In this document: positions 38,229-48,282 of the stretch, piece after piece
How positions within the stretch are numbered: the first letter of the stretch is position 1
How the letters are laid out: each line of letters starts with the position of its first letter
Origin: Pelagomonas calceolata
Taxonomy: Eukaryota
NCBI GenBank assembly: GCA_918797485.1
Contig: CAKKNE010000002.1
Coordinates: 4,154,001 to 4,218,000, forward strand
Direction of reading: 5' to 3'
Length of the DNA stretch: 64,000 nucleotides
Program-made: the position numbers and the translations under genes
Notes under the pieces: generated by a model
The model's input: only the letters and a program-made list of their open reading frames with translations
Database searches by the model: none
What the model was told of the DNA's origin: nothing

Positions 38229-39095
38229 CTAGGGTAGCCGCATATGCCTATTCACGTCCTTGTAGAGCAAGTATCTAAAATCAGAAGGACCGCCGGCATA
38301 ACACGCCTGCGGGCAGAACGCCCTTAACCACAGGAAGTCGCCCGCCTCGACCTCGACCCAGTCCTGGTTCAGGTTGTACACGGCCTTGCCCTCCAAAATA
38401 TACAAGCCGTGCTCCATGACGTGCGTTTCTTCGAAGGGGATGCAAGCCCCCGGTTTAAAGGTCACGAGCGTCACGTGCATGTCGTGCCGCAAATCGGCGG
38501 GATCCACGAACCGAGTGGTACACCATGAGTTATTCGTGTCGGGCATGGGTTGCCTTTCGGTAGCTTGGTCCGACGTCACTATCATATCAGGTTTGTCGAG
38601 GCCGGGCGCGGCCTCGTAGCGCTTGCGGATCCACACAAACGACGCGCCTTCGTCGCTACGAAGGTTCCACCGCGCACCGGGTGGAAGATAAGCGAAGCCG
38701 CCTTCACGCATCTCGTGCGTTCCTTCATGATCGAGTGTTATCGAGCCTTTGAGCACGAACAGCACGCCTTGGACGCCCTCGTCCGGCTCCCCATCTCCAG
38801 AACCGCCCGGCTCCAGCTCCACCACATACTGCGAAAAGGTCTCCGCGAAGCCGGACAGGGGCCGCGCGAGGACCCAGCTCCTTGCTTTATTCCACCCGGG
38901 TAGCGGGCTCGTGACGATGTCCCTTAACACACCTCGCGGCAGGACCGCATAGGCGTCTGTGAACTTCGCGCGGCCCGTCATCAGGTCCGTCTGCGGCGGG
39001 AGGCCGCCGGGCGGCGCGGCGTAGGAGAGCGTGCGTGCGCATTGGCGCCTGGGGAGTGCTTGTGCGGCTCGCACGACGGCGCGGCGGAGGAGCAT
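38229..39095 (-). CDS. allE: (S)-ureidoglycine aminohydrolase (YlbA/AllE bicupin) with mitochondrial-type presequence
   Basis: GGLPPQT, RDIVTS.LP.W, ARPLSGFAETFSQY, ETHVMEHGLY, WLRAFCPQACYAGG and YLLYKDVNRH. Confidence 0.9.
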   Translation of the reverse strand: MLLRRAVVRAAQALPRRQCARTLSYAAPPGGLPPQTDLMTGRAKFTDAYAVLPRGVLRDIVTSPLPGWNKARSWVLARPLSGFAETFSQYVVELEPGGSGDGEPDEGVQGVLFVLKGSITLDHEGTHEMREGGFAYLPPGARWNLRSDEGASFVWIRKRYEAAPGLDKPDMIVTSDQATERQPMPDTNNSWCTTRFVDPADLRHDMHVTLVTFKPGACIPFEETHVMEHGLYILEGKAVYNLNQDWVEVEAGDFLWLRAFCPQACYAGGPSDFRYLLYKDVNRHMRLP

Positions 39096-39304
39096 CGCTC
39101 TTTTTGTGTTTAATCCGTGACGTTAGTGACTGCTGCGGCCTCTCAGACGGATTCGCGCGCGATTGCAGTGTTTTAGCACCCTGCTCTCGATGCGCTGCGA
39201 GGCGCTCTGCTTCCTGGCCTCCGATCGCCGGACGCTTCACAACAGAGGGCAACTCACCGACGCAATGTTCGGGGAACGTATCCCACGTAACGCGAGCCCT
39301 CGCA

Positions 39305-39326
39305 TCTAGCGTCCGATTCCACTAGC
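39305..39326 (+). promoter_or_regulatory. CTAG-dyad intergenic element (variant)
   Basis: TCTAGCGTCCGATTCCACTAGC in a divergent intergenic region. Confidence 0.5.
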
Positions 39327-39504
39327 TTGGCAATCAAAAATGAGGGAGAGGCTGCCCCTCTGCTCGCGACAGGCCTCAATCGCGTGGCTGTCGGCAACAC
39401 GCAGTAGTTCGCAAGCACAGTAGTTGCTGCGACGCGACGAAGACGCGCCGTACGCCGCGCAAAAACGAGCAGGCACTCTGCCACCTGCCGCCCAGGGCAG
39501 TAAA

Positions 39505-40434
39505 ATGCAGACGCCGCTCGCGTCGCGGGCGTGCGCGGCGGACTCGTCCTTTCTTGCTGAAGCTACCGGGACGCCACGGCTGCCGCCGGCGGAGGACGAC
39601 GAGCCATCAATAGAGGAGGCGCTCTGGCGCATCTTCACGCGCTACGCGGACGCGCGAAGGCCGGACCGGCTGCCTTCTAGACAATTCCTCGCGTTCTGTC
39701 GCGACTGTCAGCTGCTGCGAGGGAAGGAGGACCGCGCGGCCGCCGAGGTCTTGGTGAGGACGCGCCTCCAAGGGCGCCAGAACCATCTCACTTTTGTAGA
39801 CTTCGCAGAGATCCTCGCGGCGTTTTCTCAAAGCATTAGAAAGGGCGAGGACGCCTTCCGCGATGTACTACTGGAGCACGTCCTCCCGCTCGCGAAGCGG
39901 CGCACCGTTGGACCTGTGGACATGACCGGCGACGTCGCGAATTTGTTGAAGAGGTTTAGAAGACCGCTCGACGGCGCCTTCGCGCGGCTCGGCGAGAAGG
40001 ACCTGCCGGCATTCCTCGACTTCTGTCGAATAAAACGCCTCCACGAGGCGACGGGCCCCGGCGCGGCGTCTCCTTTATCCATCCGCGCCGCGGGCGAGTG
40101 CTACCTCGCCGCGACGCGGCCGGGCTACCGGCGCATGACCCGTTCTATGTTCGATGAAGCGCTTGCCCGCCTCGCGGACGCGGCGTACCCATCAAACATA
40201 ACGTTGCCGGACAAGCTGCGCGCCTTGCTCGTGCAGCTCTGGCGGAGCGACGGCGCGCCGCAGCCAGGGTCGCCGCGCAAGGGCGACGACCTCGCGCGCG
40301 CCGTCGTGGACATGTGGCGCGGCGACGACTACCGGGACTACCTCGCTGTGGGGGGGGCGGTTGCTAGTGGCGTCCCGGCGCTGGAGCGGCTGTCGCCGGC
40401 GCGGCAGAGTCCGGGGGTAAGGAGAGTACATTAA
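39505..40434 (+). CDS. Hypothetical protein (p25-alpha/EF-hand-like helices)
   Basis: LWRIFTRY, QFLAFCRDCQL and LTFVDF segments. Confidence 0.6.
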   Translation: MQTPLASRACAADSSFLAEATGTPRLPPAEDDEPSIEEALWRIFTRYADARRPDRLPSRQFLAFCRDCQLLRGKEDRAAAEVLVRTRLQGRQNHLTFVDFAEILAAFSQSIRKGEDAFRDVLLEHVLPLAKRRTVGPVDMTGDVANLLKRFRRPLDGAFARLGEKDLPAFLDFCRIKRLHEATGPGAASPLSIRAAGECYLAATRPGYRRMTRSMFDEALARLADAAYPSNITLPDKLRALLVQLWRSDGAPQPGSPRKGDDLARAVVDMWRGDDYRDYLAVGGAVASGVPALERLSPARQSPGVRRVH

Positions 40435-40458
40435 TGAACTTACACGCGCGGACGCCTC

Positions 40459-41388
40459 TCAGTAATCTCCAAGATCAACATCGGATTTCCAGACCTGATT
40501 CGGCGCGGCTTTCTCAGACCAGATCTCGATGTCTCCAATCCTTGCTATACCCGGACTATAGTTGTACAAATGGATCGACGAGAGCGGGTTGTATGCGACC
40601 GGCAGCCCCCGGGCGGCCGTCTCACCATCTACGGAAATGTCAACTGTGCCCGAGCAAGAATTCACCGACTCATGATTGAACGTCGCATCGACGATATACG
40701 GGGTGTTGGGCGCCACGTCCTCGACGAGCGTTTGAGTTGCCCTACTTTCCTCAGCAATACGATAAAACCAAATGAGGGAGATAATTCCGTGTTCGTTTAG
40801 GCGAAATCTCGGGCCACCAATGAAGTCATTCACCACGTGTGATCTGTGATTTGGACGCGTAGGTGCGCTGGGCCCGCAGAGTAGTGCATAGCCCACCGAT
40901 ACGCCACCCGGTGTATGCTCTACACTACACTCCACGTAGCTCATTGCCACTCGGTATCGCGTCACGAGCAGATTTGGGCCTCGCAGAAGACGAGCAAATC
41001 CCCGGTGTCCCCTGGGCTCTGTGAGCTCGAGGCACGATCCAACGCCGTGGAAGGGCTTCACTTCAGCATTGCCAGCAGTTCCATTACCAACCCAAAGCCA
41101 CTCCCCAAATCCCCGCTCCCACTTCTCGCAGAAGTAGTGCGTCTCGCCAACAAGCAGGGCGTCGAGGCACGCTCGCGTCGTCGGGGGGTTCGGGACGGTC
41201 TTGCCGCGCCGTTTTATTGCTGTGGTGAGCAGGCACGACTGCGCCTCGCGCAGCGGTTTCGCAACCACTGCGAGCTCCGCTATGGTCTCTGTGGGCAAGA
41301 AATCCACAACGGCCGCGCGCGCATCGTCGCGTCTCCAGAGCACGAGAAGTGGGGTGCCGCGGCGCCTCGTGGAGCGGGTCGCAACCAT
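40459..41388 (-). CDS. Hypothetical protein
   Basis: ATG-initiated 309 aa ORF filling the space between neighbours; beta-rich C-terminal half. Confidence 0.6.
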   Translation of the reverse strand: MVATRSTRRRGTPLLVLWRRDDARAAVVDFLPTETIAELAVVAKPLREAQSCLLTTAIKRRGKTVPNPPTTRACLDALLVGETHYFCEKWERGFGEWLWVGNGTAGNAEVKPFHGVGSCLELTEPRGHRGFARLLRGPNLLVTRYRVAMSYVECSVEHTPGGVSVGYALLCGPSAPTRPNHRSHVVNDFIGGPRFRLNEHGIISLIWFYRIAEESRATQTLVEDVAPNTPYIVDATFNHESVNSCSGTVDISVDGETAARGLPVAYNPLSSIHLYNYSPGIARIGDIEIWSEKAAPNQVWKSDVDLGDY

Positions 41389-41487
41389 TGTGAGTTTGAG
41401 TCTGCGCTGTAGAAGTGCGATTTACCAGCGCTGCTTGTCAGAGCGAGCCGCGCGCGTTCTTTGCGACTTGGGCAAAAAGCTGAGCTT

Positions 41488-41512
41488 GCTAGTGTGTCTT
41501 TTGGACGCTAGC
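41488..41512 (-). promoter_or_regulatory. CTAG-dyad intergenic element
   Basis: GCTAGTGTGTCTTTTGGACGCTAGC in a divergent intergenic region. Confidence 0.65.
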
Positions 41513-41709
41513 TCCGTGAGCAAGCGCGTAAGCGGGGTTGCACGGGCTTTTAGACCACGCACGCGAGGTATAAAGACCAATATAAAGAGATCATCGCGGC
41601 GCAGCCAGCAATCTCAGCGCCAAAAGACATAGCGGCCGTCAAACACGTCCCGACACACTGAGCTGCAACTTGCCCTCGCGCAGCGCGTCGACGCGGTGCG
41701 CGCGACAGA

Positions 41710-44058
41710 ATGATGCGCCGAGCGGCCTGCCTGCTCCTCCTCCAGCACGCAAACACACTGCTCCATGCGCCACCAACGCGACGAGTCAACACCCGCCACT
41801 ACTCGACGACGGAAGAGACCACAACAAAGTTCGCCGGCGAGCACGGCCCCGCCGACTCTGAGCAGTGGCTCGCGCGGCAGGGCCTCGTGCAGCCCGGCGC
41901 GTCGCCGGAGATCCACGAGATCGCGCGGAAGGCTAGAAGGAAGAAGAAGGGAACGAAGGCTCTCGCGTTACGGCCCAAAAAGGCAAGGTGGGGCGACGCG
42001 GACAAAATCCGAGACTTGCCCGTCGAGGGCGGCTGGTCGCAATCACGGCAACGCGGCGCCTCGACAAAAGCGACGGACGCCGTCGAGGGCGAGAAGGCTC
42101 GACGGTGCTCGCAGATTTTGGTGGCCACGTCGGGCGTCGCGAACGAACTGCGGGACGCGCTCTCGAAGGCCAAGGCGGACTTCGGGGCCATGGCCGAGGC
42201 CATGTCGCTGTGTGAGGTCACTTCCGCTAAGAAAGGCGACGTCGGTTGGTTGGATGGGAAAGATGTCGTCGATGATGCTACTGAGGCATTATTACCTTTA
42301 ACAGCTAGACTTGAACTGATGGGCAAACCCCTGAAGCCCGGCGACGTTTCTGTCGTGCAGTCCCATCTCGGCTACCACGTCATAAAAATAGATGATATCA
42401 TGCGGGACTTATCTTTAGTAACGAAGAAACGCAAAAACGCCATTGATAAAGGAATAACGTTGGAGGAGGCCTGCGCGGGCAAGACCTACGCCATGGTCAC
42501 GATGGGCTGCCAGATGAACGCGGCCGATTCGGAGCGGCTGGAGGGCGGTCTATTGGATCTTGGGATGACCGAAGCTTCGGAACCTAAAGACGCGGACGTT
42601 ATCATATTAAATACGTGTTCGATCCGGGAGCACGCCGAGGCCAAGGTCTACTCGTATGTGGGGCCGCAAGCTAAACGTAAGAGGGATGGCGAAGACGTGA
42701 CTATTGTCGTGGCCGGCTGCGTCGCGCAGCAGGAAGGCGCTCGATTGCTGAGACGAGCCCCGGAAGTCGACGTGGTCATGGGGCCCCAATATGCTAATAG
42801 ACTAGCTGATGTCTTGGAGGGCGTGATGCTGCGCGGCGAGCAAGTCGAGGCTACTTCGGCGTCGTACGGCGCGCTGGACCACGGCGGCTCGACGACTTCT
42901 CGAAGAAGTAGTGATGTGGTAGCGTGGGTCAACGTGGCCCACGGCTGCAACGAGCGGTGCACGTATTGCGTCGTGCCGAACACGCGAGGCGTCGAGCAGT
43001 CGCGGACGCCGGAAGATATCCTGCGGGAGATTGATTCTCTGGGTAGAAGCGGCTACCGGGAGGTGACGTTACTAGGGCAGAACGTCGACGCGTATGGTAG
43101 AGATATGCGTCCTAGACGTACTTTCTCTGATCTACTGGAGGCGGTGGCGGACGTCGCTCGCAAACACGATAACATGCGGGTGCGCTTCGTCACGTCGCAC
43201 CCGCGGTACATTACTAATGAAGTGATAGACACGGTCGCGTCTCATACAGATGTATTGATGCCCGTGTTCCACATTCCCGCGCAATCGGGCGACGACGAAG
43301 TTCTAAGGCTGATGGGCCGCGGGTATACTTCTGAGAGGTACTTGCGAGTCGTCGCATCAATAAGGGAGCGGCTGCCGGACGCGACAATTAGTGGAGACTT
43401 TATCGTGGGCTGCCCGGGCGAGTCTGATGAGGCCTTCGAGAAGACTTTAGATCTGATGGATTCCGTCGTGTTCGACGCGTGCATGACGGCGGCCTATTCC
43501 CCGAGACCAGGGACGCCCATGGCCCACTGGGACGGCGCGTCCGTTGCGTTTGAGACGCTCGGGGTTGAGTTACGAAAGCTCAAGAGTGTTGATGAAGCTA
43601 GGGAGAGTGTGCACGCGCGTTTCAAAGTACTGGCGCAGCAGAAAGCTAAAGCGAATAAGCACGACGATGATGCGGCGTGGGATTCTGTGGTCGTGGCAAA
43701 GCGGGAAGCTCTGGAAGCGTTAGATCGGGCTGAAAAAGCGCCGCCGTCGGCCTTCCATCCCTTGTCGGGCGTCGGGCCGGCCCAATGCCCCGACGAGGTC
43801 AAGGAGGAACGCTTGCAACGTATTAATGAGAAGGCCGACGCCCACGCTTTACAGAGGTCGGAGCGCTACGTCGGGAGAATAGAACCGGTCTTGGTGGAAT
43901 CTAGGAACACGCGCGTGCCGACGCAAGTCGTGGGAAGGACGCGGGGCAACAAGCTCGTCTTCTTCGAGGGCGACGCGGAGGAACTCGTCGGGCGGACGGT
44001 CGACGTGCGCATTATTGAAGCGAACACATTCTCGCTGGTCGGGGAGAGGGTAAGCTAG
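41710..44058 (+). CDS. miaB: tRNA methylthiotransferase MiaB with N-terminal parvulin-like domain, organelle-targeted
   Basis: TMGCQMN, NTCSIRE, GCVAQ, radical SAM CxxxCxxC (CNERCTYC), LLGQNV, TSHP, SPRPGTP and a C-terminal TRAM domain. Confidence 0.92.
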   Translation: MMRRAACLLLLQHANTLLHAPPTRRVNTRHYSTTEETTTKFAGEHGPADSEQWLARQGLVQPGASPEIHEIARKARRKKKGTKALALRPKKARWGDADKIRDLPVEGGWSQSRQRGASTKATDAVEGEKARRCSQILVATSGVANELRDALSKAKADFGAMAEAMSLCEVTSAKKGDVGWLDGKDVVDDATEALLPLTARLELMGKPLKPGDVSVVQSHLGYHVIKIDDIMRDLSLVTKKRKNAIDKGITLEEACAGKTYAMVTMGCQMNAADSERLEGGLLDLGMTEASEPKDADVIILNTCSIREHAEAKVYSYVGPQAKRKRDGEDVTIVVAGCVAQQEGARLLRRAPEVDVVMGPQYANRLADVLEGVMLRGEQVEATSASYGALDHGGSTTSRRSSDVVAWVNVAHGCNERCTYCVVPNTRGVEQSRTPEDILREIDSLGRSGYREVTLLGQNVDAYGRDMRPRRTFSDLLEAVADVARKHDNMRVRFVTSHPRYITNEVIDTVASHTDVLMPVFHIPAQSGDDEVLRLMGRGYTSERYLRVVASIRERLPDATISGDFIVGCPGESDEAFEKTLDLMDSVVFDACMTAAYSPRPGTPMAHWDGASVAFETLGVELRKLKSVDEARESVHARFKVLAQQKAKANKHDDDAAWDSVVVAKREALEALDRAEKAPPSAFHPLSGVGPAQCPDEVKEERLQRINEKADAHALQRSERYVGRIEPVLVESRNTRVPTQVVGRTRGNKLVFFEGDAEELVGRTVDVRIIEANTFSLVGERVS

Positions 44059-44111
44059 TATGTTTGAAAGTCTGTTGACCAGACGCCGTCGCCGCGACCA
44101 GTATAAACCTA

Positions 44112-45131
44112 TTAAATGTTATCGCTCGGCCGCGCCGGCGACCGGATGCGGATCGCAGAGTGCGGATGCGGCCCCGTGGGGATGGGTTCGCGCCGCTTCG
44201 GCGAGGGCGCGGGCTCGTCGAAGCACGGGCAGAGGTACATGCCGACCGCCCGCGCTGCCCGCTTCAGCGTTCTAATACAGGGGTTTTTGTGCGGGCGCAT
44301 CATGCCGATGGTCGGCGCGAGGTTGTGCTCGACGGCGTAGCCCAGACACCCCAGAGCCGTGACCGGCGGCGCCAATGCGGCCGTGTAACACACGAGGAAC
44401 CAGATCAGCGTCCTTGTACTGAGAGTTGGACCCATCACGTAATGAGCAATCAGCAACAGCGAGGGGAAGTACACGATACCCACCAGCCCGCCCAGACATA
44501 AATGCCGCGCGGGCGCCCAGCGCCAACATCTGTGAGTACCAAGAAACGGCAGAAATATGCGCCATCTTCCGCACGTCTCCAGTCGTATCGGTTTAAACCA
44601 GCCCGCTTCCACGGCCTCGGGCATGGCCACGGGCATCATCATGAAAATGAGCAGGGGCGACATGATCAAAGAGCCCCACCCAACACCCACGAGCTCGGGC
44701 CCGTCCGAGTCGTAGGGGCCCTGCTTCAGGACTGCGAATAATAGTCCAAACATGACGATGGGGCCGACGATGGACGCGACGACGTTCAAAATGACCTGGA
44801 CGACCACAAATTTCGAGCAGAGCACCGCCGAGACGCTCTCCGCGTAGGCCTCCTCCGGAAATAGGGCTAACGTCGAGCTCGCGCGCACGCGCGCCGGCGG
44901 CCTCAGCCGCGGGTCGACGTTTGCCGGCGACCGCGCCTCGTCGAGCCGCAGGTCGATCGCGGTCGGCGAGAGCGCTTCTGCTGCCCGCGGGTCTGGCGGC
45001 TCGGACCGCGACCGGCGCCGGAACCGCGTTGGGGTGGTGAGCTCCTCTTTGCTTTCGTTCGCTGCGCCCGGTGACTGCCCCTCCTCGAGCGCGCCTTCCG
45101 GTGCCTCCTCCGTCGACTCCTGAGCACCCAT
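44112..45131 (-). CDS. Multi-pass membrane protein with N-myristoylation-like start
   Basis: MGAQES start; about four hydrophobic segments. Confidence 0.7.
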   Translation of the reverse strand: MGAQESTEEAPEGALEEGQSPGAANESKEELTTPTRFRRRSRSEPPDPRAAEALSPTAIDLRLDEARSPANVDPRLRPPARVRASSTLALFPEEAYAESVSAVLCSKFVVVQVILNVVASIVGPIVMFGLLFAVLKQGPYDSDGPELVGVGWGSLIMSPLLIFMMMPVAMPEAVEAGWFKPIRLETCGRWRIFLPFLGTHRCWRWAPARHLCLGGLVGIVYFPSLLLIAHYVMGPTLSTRTLIWFLVCYTAALAPPVTALGCLGYAVEHNLAPTIGMMRPHKNPCIRTLKRAARAVGMYLCPCFDEPAPSPKRREPIPTGPHPHSAIRIRSPARPSDNI

Positions 45132-45582
45132 GGCAGCAATGGAACCGATTCAGCTGGCGGCCATGCACGCGCTTTGGATGGTGCCGCCGCTAGGCAATGG
45201 CTTATTTTAGATTCATGTGGCTGCCGATAGATGTATTCGCGTCCTGGGGCAGCGCGCGGCGCGTGTCTGGCTTGTCGGACGAATCGTTGCCAACAGGCGC
45301 CGGGTTTTTTTGGCGCGACGCGCCTTTTTGATTCTACGGGTCCCGTTCGCGCGCAAATGAGTCCTCTAGTGCGGTGTTGGGTTTCGCCTGAAAAACCCGC
45401 CACCGCAGCTTATTGGCCATGGACGCCAGGCGCCAATACGAAGCCAAATAAATGCCGGTGGTGCAGTATCTTGCCGCAGAGACATCGGCAGTATGCCATT
45501 TCCATCGATCTTGAGCGCTGGTGCAAAGCTGGCTGGCTTGCATTTGCCCTGAGCTGCAATAAGCACATTATTATCTTGCAGG

Positions 45583-46572
45583 ATGCGCAGCGACGACGCG
45601 CGTAGCGCTGGCGACGCGACGAACGCCCCGCCGCGCTGCGCGTCGCCGCGATCCGCCAGCCACGCCGCGCTGCTGGAGGACGAAACCCCCGCCGTGTGCG
45701 GCGCCGGCGACGCGAGCCCGGCCAGCCACGCGCTGCTGGAAAACGACGCCGCCGCAGACGGCTGCTGCTGCTGCCGGAACGAGCGCTGCACGAACCACGC
45801 CAAGGTGCTCACCGTAGCATTGGTGCTCTTCCTGAGCATCACCTGCGCGCAGTTCGGCCTCGCGTTACTCGCGAGGAGCAACACGCTGCTCGTGGACTGC
45901 GCGTCGATGTTGGTCGACAGCGCGACGTACGCGGGGAACCTCTGGGCCGTCTGCCGCGAGACCAACGATCCCGAGGACGCCGCGCGGGGCGCCCTGGTGA
46001 CGTCGGGCCTCTCTATTTTGGTGCTCGCGGCGATCACGGCCTGGGGCCTGTCCGGCGCGGTCCAGGACTTGAGAAGGAGGCACCCGCCCGACCGGGTGAA
46101 CGCCGAGATCGTGCTCATATTGGGGATCTTCGGCCTCGTGTTTGATGCCGCGACGCTGTTGGCGTTTCGCGCCTGGGGCCATACTGAGGAAGACGATGAA
46201 ACGGGCATCGAATTAGTGGGCACGGGCGAAGAACACGACTTTGAGGACATTGAAAGGACGGCCGACGAGATGAACATGTGTTCCGCCTTCTCGCACGTGG
46301 CCGCCGACACGATTCGGTCGGTGACGTCGGTGTCGCTGGGCCTCTTGATCATGCTGCGGCCCGATCTGAACGGAGCGAAGTGGGACGCCTACGCTACTTT
46401 AATTGTTACGGCGACGGTGCTGCTCGGGTCGGTCCACCTGGCCGTGGACTGGTGCCGCGTCGCGCGCGGGCTGGCTCGGGCGCGGCGGCGGGCGGAGATC
46501 CTGTCGAAGTTGACGCCGCGGCGAGTCTTCGAGGAATCGAAGGACAGCGAAGAATGTGGTAGTCTTGTGTAA
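45583..46572 (+). CDS. Cation diffusion facilitator (CDF) family transporter
   Basis: S..LLVDCASMLVD and NMCSAFSHVAAD motifs; about six TM segments. Confidence 0.85.
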   Translation: MRSDDARSAGDATNAPPRCASPRSASHAALLEDETPAVCGAGDASPASHALLENDAAADGCCCCRNERCTNHAKVLTVALVLFLSITCAQFGLALLARSNTLLVDCASMLVDSATYAGNLWAVCRETNDPEDAARGALVTSGLSILVLAAITAWGLSGAVQDLRRRHPPDRVNAEIVLILGIFGLVFDAATLLAFRAWGHTEEDDETGIELVGTGEEHDFEDIERTADEMNMCSAFSHVAADTIRSVTSVSLGLLIMLRPDLNGAKWDAYATLIVTATVLLGSVHLAVDWCRVARGLARARRRAEILSKLTPRRVFEESKDSEECGSLV

Positions 46573-46584
46573 ACAACATGTGTC

Positions 46585-47871
46585 TTAGTAGTTGAATTCG
46601 CCGCCTACTTCGATGACAAACAGCTTCATCCCCGACGCGTTCAGCCGGTCCACGAGCGCGCGCCCCATCGCCGCCGCCGGCGTGGACACGCCGCCGGCCG
46701 CGCACTTCTCGCGGTCGAGCGCCAGCGTCAATGCAGCTTCCGTCGACATTCTTGCGGTCGCCTTGTAGCCGCCGTCGCCCGCGTCGCCGCTCTCGACGCG
46801 AGCGACGGCGATGCCCGCCGGACCCGCGGCGTAGACCTCCGAGGCGAACTTGCCCGCGTCGCGCGCCTCCCGCGAGGGCCCCTGGCCCGGCGTCGGCAGC
46901 ACGTACTTCTTCAGCAGGTAGCGCGTCGGCGGGAAGAGCACGAGCACCGCGCCGACGCCGAGAAGAACGTACTCGCCCAAGGCCCCGACCGCGTACACAT
47001 TGCCAGAGTTCTCCTCGTAGGGGATAACGTCGCGGCCGAGCAGCTCCATGGACCTTCGAACCACGGGCGCGTTGGCCGCCGCCATCACAAAGGGCCCCAT
47101 CCACAGCTTCCTCAACTCGTCGTACTCCACAATTTTCGCGGTATCTCTCGTCTCCGGCCCGCAGACGTCGTTCAAGGGGTAACTGCCCTTCGCCAGCGTC
47201 TCCGCCACGAGACCTTTCGCTTCCTCCGTCATCAGCTCGTCGGCATAGCCCAACAACGCCAACCCGGTGTAGATCGTGCCACCGCTGATACCGCCGCCTT
47301 CGAAGCCGCGCGTCAATAAGCGCGCGCGCTCGGGCTGCGCGTTGTACCTCTCCTGGTACGCGTCCGACGCCAGCAGGTAGCCCAGGTCCGACGGGATCGA
47401 GTCGTAGCCGCACGAGTGCACGATCAATGCACCCGTCTCCTTCGCCTTGGCGTCGTGCCTGCTTAGAGACGCTCTATGTAAAGCTACTTCGCCCGTCACG
47501 TCCACATAGTGCGTCCCATGCCGCGCGCAGGCTTCGACGACGGGTAGGGCCTTGGTGATGTACGGCGAGCCGGCGTAGTTGAGGAGCACCTTCGTCTGCG
47601 CCACCATGGCATCGACCGACGCCGCGTCGGTGGCGTCGGCGACGATGATCGGCACCGCGGCCTCAAGAGCTTCGAGTCTCGCGCGGCTGCGGCCGGCGAT
47701 CGCCCACTTGAGCCCGCTCGTCGCGTAACGGTCCGTGAGGTACTCGACCGCGAGGCGGCCGGTGAATCCGCTCGCGCCGTAGACGACGACGTCGTACGCT
47801 GGTGGTGCCGTAGACGACTGCACGCTGGTGGATGCCATCAGTAGGGTGGTGGCGCGCCGGATGAGACGCAT
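46585..47871 (-). CDS. Saccharopine dehydrogenase-like oxidoreductase (SCCPDH family)
   Basis: YGASGFTG, WAIAGR, YVDVTGE, CGYDSIPSD, SGGT, GYKATA and GGVSTPA motifs. Confidence 0.9.
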   Translation of the reverse strand: MRLIRRATTLLMASTSVQSSTAPPAYDVVVYGASGFTGRLAVEYLTDRYATSGLKWAIAGRSRARLEALEAAVPIIVADATDAASVDAMVAQTKVLLNYAGSPYITKALPVVEACARHGTHYVDVTGEVALHRASLSRHDAKAKETGALIVHSCGYDSIPSDLGYLLASDAYQERYNAQPERARLLTRGFEGGGISGGTIYTGLALLGYADELMTEEAKGLVAETLAKGSYPLNDVCGPETRDTAKIVEYDELRKLWMGPFVMAAANAPVVRRSMELLGRDVIPYEENSGNVYAVGALGEYVLLGVGAVLVLFPPTRYLLKKYVLPTPGQGPSREARDAGKFASEVYAAGPAGIAVARVESGDAGDGGYKATARMSTEAALTLALDREKCAAGGVSTPAAAMGRALVDRLNASGMKLFVIEVGGEFNY

Positions 47872-48282
47872 GTTTGCTATGCGTGTGCTGCGTGTCGTGT
47901 GTTGCTGTGCAGCGCGTCAGCTCTGGGTGTTGCAAGGTTTTGCACCCGCCAACGCGAAAGCAATGCCGACGAACGTCGCAGGCGTCCTCAGGTGACGCGA
48001 ACGAGCCCACGCAGGGCTGATTGAGCGGTGGCGTGCTAGTTGCGCCTAGCCAGAGCAGGCTGAGGCTGCAGCTGGCAAGCCTGAGCGAGGCAGCAGTCTT
48101 GGCGCACTCGTCGCACCAACCAACGCGCTGCACACGCGAAAACTGCTGCGTGTGTCGCCGACGACGCTCTGCAGGCTCGTGCCGGCTCCCGCGCGCCGCC
48201 GGCGCGGAGCTGAACACAGTCTTGGACGCAGTGCTGCTGCAGCAAGGCAGGGCTCCCGCGGACGGCACCAAGGCTAGAAAAA

